30,488 nt of DNA. Origin: a bacterium (GTDB taxonomy: Bacteria; Muiribacteriota; UBA6191). The translations under genes and the position numbers were made by a program. The DNA is taken from contig JAYZAC010000188.1 of the NCBI GenBank assembly GCA_036339875.1, positions 1 to 30,488 on the forward strand, given 5' to 3'. This document shows, one piece after another, positions 27,636-30,488 of this stretch. The notes beneath the pieces were generated by a model. That model was not told the DNA's origin, ran no database searches, and worked only from the letters and a program-made list of their open reading frames with translations. Position 1 is the first letter of the stretch, and the number at the start of each line of letters is the position of its first letter.

Positions 27636-29156
27636 TCAACTCCAAATTAAACCAGGTAGATCAGCCCCTTTACCTTGTGCTTTAGAAACCTTCATACTTG
27701 TTATCGCGGCACTACAATATCTACTGGCGTGAAGGGCAGTCGGAAAATGATTACCACTCGCCTTTAGTCCGCCAAATGGTAGTTTTGATGATGCCCCTGC
27801 AGTGGACTTATTCCAATTAACTAATCCTGTTTCTAATTCCCACCAACACTCTTCAAAAACCTGAGCAGAACTTGTGAATATCGAGCTTACAAGTCCAAAT
27901 GGACTTGCATTAGCTAGATCAATAGCACAATCTAAACTATCTATCCCCAAGATTAAGGTCTCAGGTCCAAAAATCTCTTCCTGTAAATAACTGCTAGATG
28001 AAACTTGCTCTACAGTCATACTTTCTCTTGTGAATATGGCTGGGGTGAGATAATGACCCTTATATTCAAGTTTGGGCTGAGTCATTTTCAAAGGATTTTC
28101 GAAGTCATTTTTCGCAACATTATTAACACTGTGTAAAATCTTATCTTTAGCCTGTAAATCAATAACTGGGCCCATGAAAACTGACTCCCTCGGGTGACCG
28201 ACCACAAGATTGTTGCCAAGTTGGACGAATCGATTAACAAATTCATCAAATAATTTCCGATGAACAAGTATTTTTCCAGTAGCACTACAACGCTGACCAC
28301 TTGTCAAAAATGCACCAGTAATTGTCTCGTAAAGTGCTGTTTCCATGTCGGCATCTTCCCATATAATTGCAGAGTTTTTACCACCCATTTCTAGAGCTAA
28401 CAACTTCCAAGGCTGGTCAATTGTTGCATGTTTAATAGCTTTACCAGCATTGTATGAACCCGTAAAAAGTATTCCGCTTACACCCTCATGCTTAGATAAT
28501 GCTTCACTTATTACTAGTCCTCCTTGGACAAGATTCACCACCCCAGGTGGTAAGCCAGCCTGATGAAAACACTCCATCAATAATTGACCCACTGCTGGGG
28601 TTTTTTCACTAGGCTTAAATACCACCGTATTACCGCTTAACAGAGCAGGTACTATGTGGCCATTTGGTAAATGAGCTGGAAAATTAAATGGACCCAGTAC
28701 TGCCATGACACCTAATGGACGATACCTCATATGACCTTCAGTGTGCGGCAGGATTTCTTCAATACTGAGGTCGGCTACTTGATGCAAACCATCGTTTATA
28801 CTGATGGCGACCTTGCCAATTACACCTTTGACTTCTGTTCGTGCCTCCCAAAGTGGCTTACCAACCTCTCTAGAAATAAGATACGCAAATTCTTCTTGAC
28901 GAGATGCCACAAGCTTTTGAAATTTTAGTAAAAAATTGATTCTATCCTCGACCCTTAAGCGCTTCCATTTCTTGAACGCATGACTTGCTGATTCTACAGC
29001 AAGATCAACTTCGTTGAGACTTGTCTTAAAATCTCCTATGTGATCTTTGAAATCTGCAGGGGATGAACTGGAAATTAATTCGGTTTCTTCACTTGGTAGT
29101 CGAAATTCTCCATGGATGTAATTACCAGCAGCTTGAAATGAAAAGTTCTGATTCAT
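27636..29156 (-). CDS. Aldehyde dehydrogenase, AstD (succinylglutamate semialdehyde dehydrogenase)-like
   Basis: GKPLWEARTEV, GPFNFPAHLPNGHIVPAL, FKPSE, FTGS, LEMGGKN, SGQRCS, EIFGP, PFGG..SGN. ATG 29156 follows AGAGGGG. Confidence 0.9.
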   Translation of the reverse strand: MNQNFSFQAAGNYIHGEFRLPSEETELISSSSPADFKDHIGDFKTSLNEVDLAVESASHAFKKWKRLRVEDRINFLLKFQKLVASRQEEFAYLISREVGKPLWEARTEVKGVIGKVAISINDGLHQVADLSIEEILPHTEGHMRYRPLGVMAVLGPFNFPAHLPNGHIVPALLSGNTVVFKPSEKTPAVGQLLMECFHQAGLPPGVVNLVQGGLVISEALSKHEGVSGILFTGSYNAGKAIKHATIDQPWKLLALEMGGKNSAIIWEDADMETALYETITGAFLTSGQRCSATGKILVHRKLFDEFVNRFVQLGNNLVVGHPRESVFMGPVIDLQAKDKILHSVNNVAKNDFENPLKMTQPKLEYKGHYLTPAIFTRESMTVEQVSSSSYLQEEIFGPETLILGIDSLDCAIDLANASPFGLVSSIFTSSAQVFEECWWELETGLVNWNKSTAGASSKLPFGGLKASGNHFPTALHASRYCSAAITSMKVSKAQGKGADLPGLIWS

Positions 29157-29310
29157 TGGCCATCCCCTCTTAACACGCCTACAACGACCAAGAATACCCA
29201 TCTAGGTAGACCTTTACGGTCCCTGAACCTAGCTAACCAGTTAACCATAAATTTAGTTGATTCGCCAATTTACGCTCACTCTAGTTCATTAAATGAGCTA
29301 AACTTGTACT

Positions 29311-29583
29311 ATGGCAATTCAGTATACTCAAACTTTAATCTCATTGAAGCGACTTGTGGAAGAGCAATCTTGTGAAACACTAGCCAAGATTATAAAGCAA
29401 GAAAATGATAATGCTGGTGCTCTTATACTTGCCTTATGGTCCACCCAAGATAGATCTGAAATTCTCAGAAAACTTAAGCAGTCCAAACAAATCGCCGTAA
29501 TAAAATCACTGAAAAACTTGCAGCAACCTCCAGATTTTGTGATACAAGTTGTAATAGACTCACTACACAAGAAATTAAGCTAG
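29311..29583 (+). CDS. Small helical protein resembling the FliG middle domain
   Basis: LAKIIKQENDNAGALILA....DRSEIL..L....QIAVIKSL..L..P...V...L.KKL follows the FliG-M pattern by eye; EHPQ is replaced by ENDN. Confidence 0.5.
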   Translation: MAIQYTQTLISLKRLVEEQSCETLAKIIKQENDNAGALILALWSTQDRSEILRKLKQSKQIAVIKSLKNLQQPPDFVIQVVIDSLHKKLS

Positions 29584-29615
29584 TCTAAATTTCGAGGATT
29601 GAGTACCATGGCTAT

Positions 29616-29999
29616 ATGTCTGTATCTACACAATCACTTGGCTACCATTATTTCTTTGAGTTTTATGACTGTCCTACTCAAAAACTGAGTATGGTGAAAC
29701 CAGTTCGAAAAGCAATGTTAGAAGCTGCAGAAAAATCAGGAGCTAGTATTGTTAATGATGTTTTTCATCAATTCAATCCTCAAGGAGTTTCTGGAGTAGT
29801 TGTTATAAAAGAATCACACTTGTCGATTCATACATGGCCCGAGCATGGTTACGCTGCAGTTGATTTTTTCACCTGTTCGTTAAATACTCATCCAAAGAAA
29901 GCTATGCAACATCTTGCAACTGAGTTATGTAGTGCTCGTTCGGAAATGAAATTTTTTGAACGAGGTACTGTCCAACATCTTTGTAACAAAAGTGCTTAA
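29616..29999 (+). CDS. speD: S-adenosylmethionine decarboxylase proenzyme (short pyruvoyl type)
   Basis: FHQFNPQGVSGVVVIKESHLSIHTWPEHGYAAVDFFTC with the E-S cleavage site. Confidence 0.92.
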   Translation: MSVSTQSLGYHYFFEFYDCPTQKLSMVKPVRKAMLEAAEKSGASIVNDVFHQFNPQGVSGVVVIKESHLSIHTWPEHGYAAVDFFTCSLNTHPKKAMQHLATELCSARSEMKFFERGTVQHLCNKSA

Positions 30000-30071
30000 T
30001 AATAAGTAACTTTTGTTATGAAAACTTATTTACTCTCTCTTGTTTATGATCTTTAATTCGAGCTAATGCTC

Positions 30072-30080
30072 TGGTACAAT
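30072..30080 (+). promoter_or_regulatory. Putative extended -10 promoter element (TGGTACAAT)
   Basis: Matches TGnTAnnnT, ends 36 nt before ATG 30117; GGGAG RBS at 30105-30109. Confidence 0.45.
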
Positions 30081-30116
30081 CGCAGATTGTGCTAATTCAA
30101 CCTAGGGAGAGCAGCC

Positions 30117-30488
30117 ATGGCAGAAATACTTTCATCCAGCCAGGAAGCCGTAAAGCTTGTCGAAAGTGGAATGACCATCATGGTCGGTGGTTTTGGAGTT
30201 TGTGGACTACCTGAAAATCTATTACATGCTCTGGCTGAAACAGATGCACGTGACCTTAGCTTAATTTCCAATAACGGAAGTGTAGATGGATGGGGAAACG
30301 GTCGCCTAATAGCAAATGGTCAAGTACGAAAAATGTATTCATCGTACATCGGTGAAAATGATGTTCTAACTGGTAAATTAATTGCTGGAGAAATCGAAGT
30401 AGAGCTTGTACCTCAAGGAACTCTAGCTGAACGTATTCGTGCTGCAGGAGCCGGTATACCAGCATTTTTCACTCCCACAGGATATGGT
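30117..30488 (+). CDS. 3-oxoacid CoA-transferase subunit A (ScoA-like), 3'-truncated by the window edge
   Basis: Not in the ORF track. Manual translation: MAEILSSSQEAVKLVESGMTIMVGGFGVCGLPEN...ISNN...SYIGEN...PQGTLAERIRAAGAGIPAFFTPTGYG. Confidence 0.93.
   Translation, partial: MAEILSSSQEAVKLVESGMTIMVGGFGVCGLPENLLHALAETDARDLSLISNNGSVDGWGNGRLIANGQVRKMYSSYIGENDVLTGKLIAGEIEVELVPQGTLAERIRAAGAGIPAFFTPTGYG

Noticed and set aside
23479..29156. Beta-lactam biosynthesis cluster (LAT-like + ALDH + isopenicillin N acyltransferase-family gene)
   Set aside because: No ACV synthetase, IPNS or resistance gene in the window; linkage to CoA-transferase and thiolase points to catabolism.
27636..29156. Canonical arginine succinyltransferase (astCADBE) operon
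   Set aside because: Only the AstD-like gene is present; no AstA, AstB or AstE, so no gene symbol was assigned.
29157..29310. c-di-GMP-I or lysine riboswitch; sigma-54 promoter
   Set aside because: Only superficial GGGAC/GTAAA similarity; region looks too short for a lysine riboswitch; TTGGC on the minus strand has no correctly spaced TGC.
30256..30465. 69-aa minus-strand ORF
   Set aside because: Antisense to the partial CoA-transferase A gene starting at 30117.
1..30488. CRISPR arrays, tRNA/rRNA, IS elements, phage or defence genes
   Set aside because: Window is almost fully coding, with intergenic gaps under 200 bp, and no such repeats or protein motifs were seen by eye.

Overview
Gene-dense, AT-rich bacterial chromosomal window with no rRNA, tRNA, CRISPR array or mobile element recognised. 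All calls come from reading motifs by eye; no database searches were run. (1) 1-5547: 3' part of a purine/urate catabolic operon: partial HIU hydrolase, a CitE/malate-synthase-like DUF6986-type protein, an alanine/ureidoglycine-glyoxylate aminotransferase, a PuuD urate oxidase with two tandem membrane domains on one cytochrome c, and a MocA-like transferase. (2) 5550-11781: a translationally coupled pair of membrane SpoIIE/PP2C proteins (first apparently catalytically dead, second intact), then an MscS channel. (3) 11778-19633: pentapeptide-repeat protein, degenerate MoxR coupled to a TamB-like protein, a CiaB homologue, GtrA, a membrane protein and an Hsp20-like protein. (4) 19824-29156, minus strand: a compact 7-gene operon (AstD-like ALDH; LAT-like aminotransferase-GNAT-pseudo-aminotransferase fusion; C45 Ntn-hydrolase; class III aminotransferase; 3-oxoacid CoA-transferase A/B; thiolase). 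This is the best candidate for an undescribed pathway, possibly acyl-protected catabolism of a diamino acid such as beta-lysine through a 3-oxoacid. (5) 29311-30488: stand-alone FliG-middle-domain-like protein, SAM decarboxylase and a second, partial CoA-transferase A subunit.
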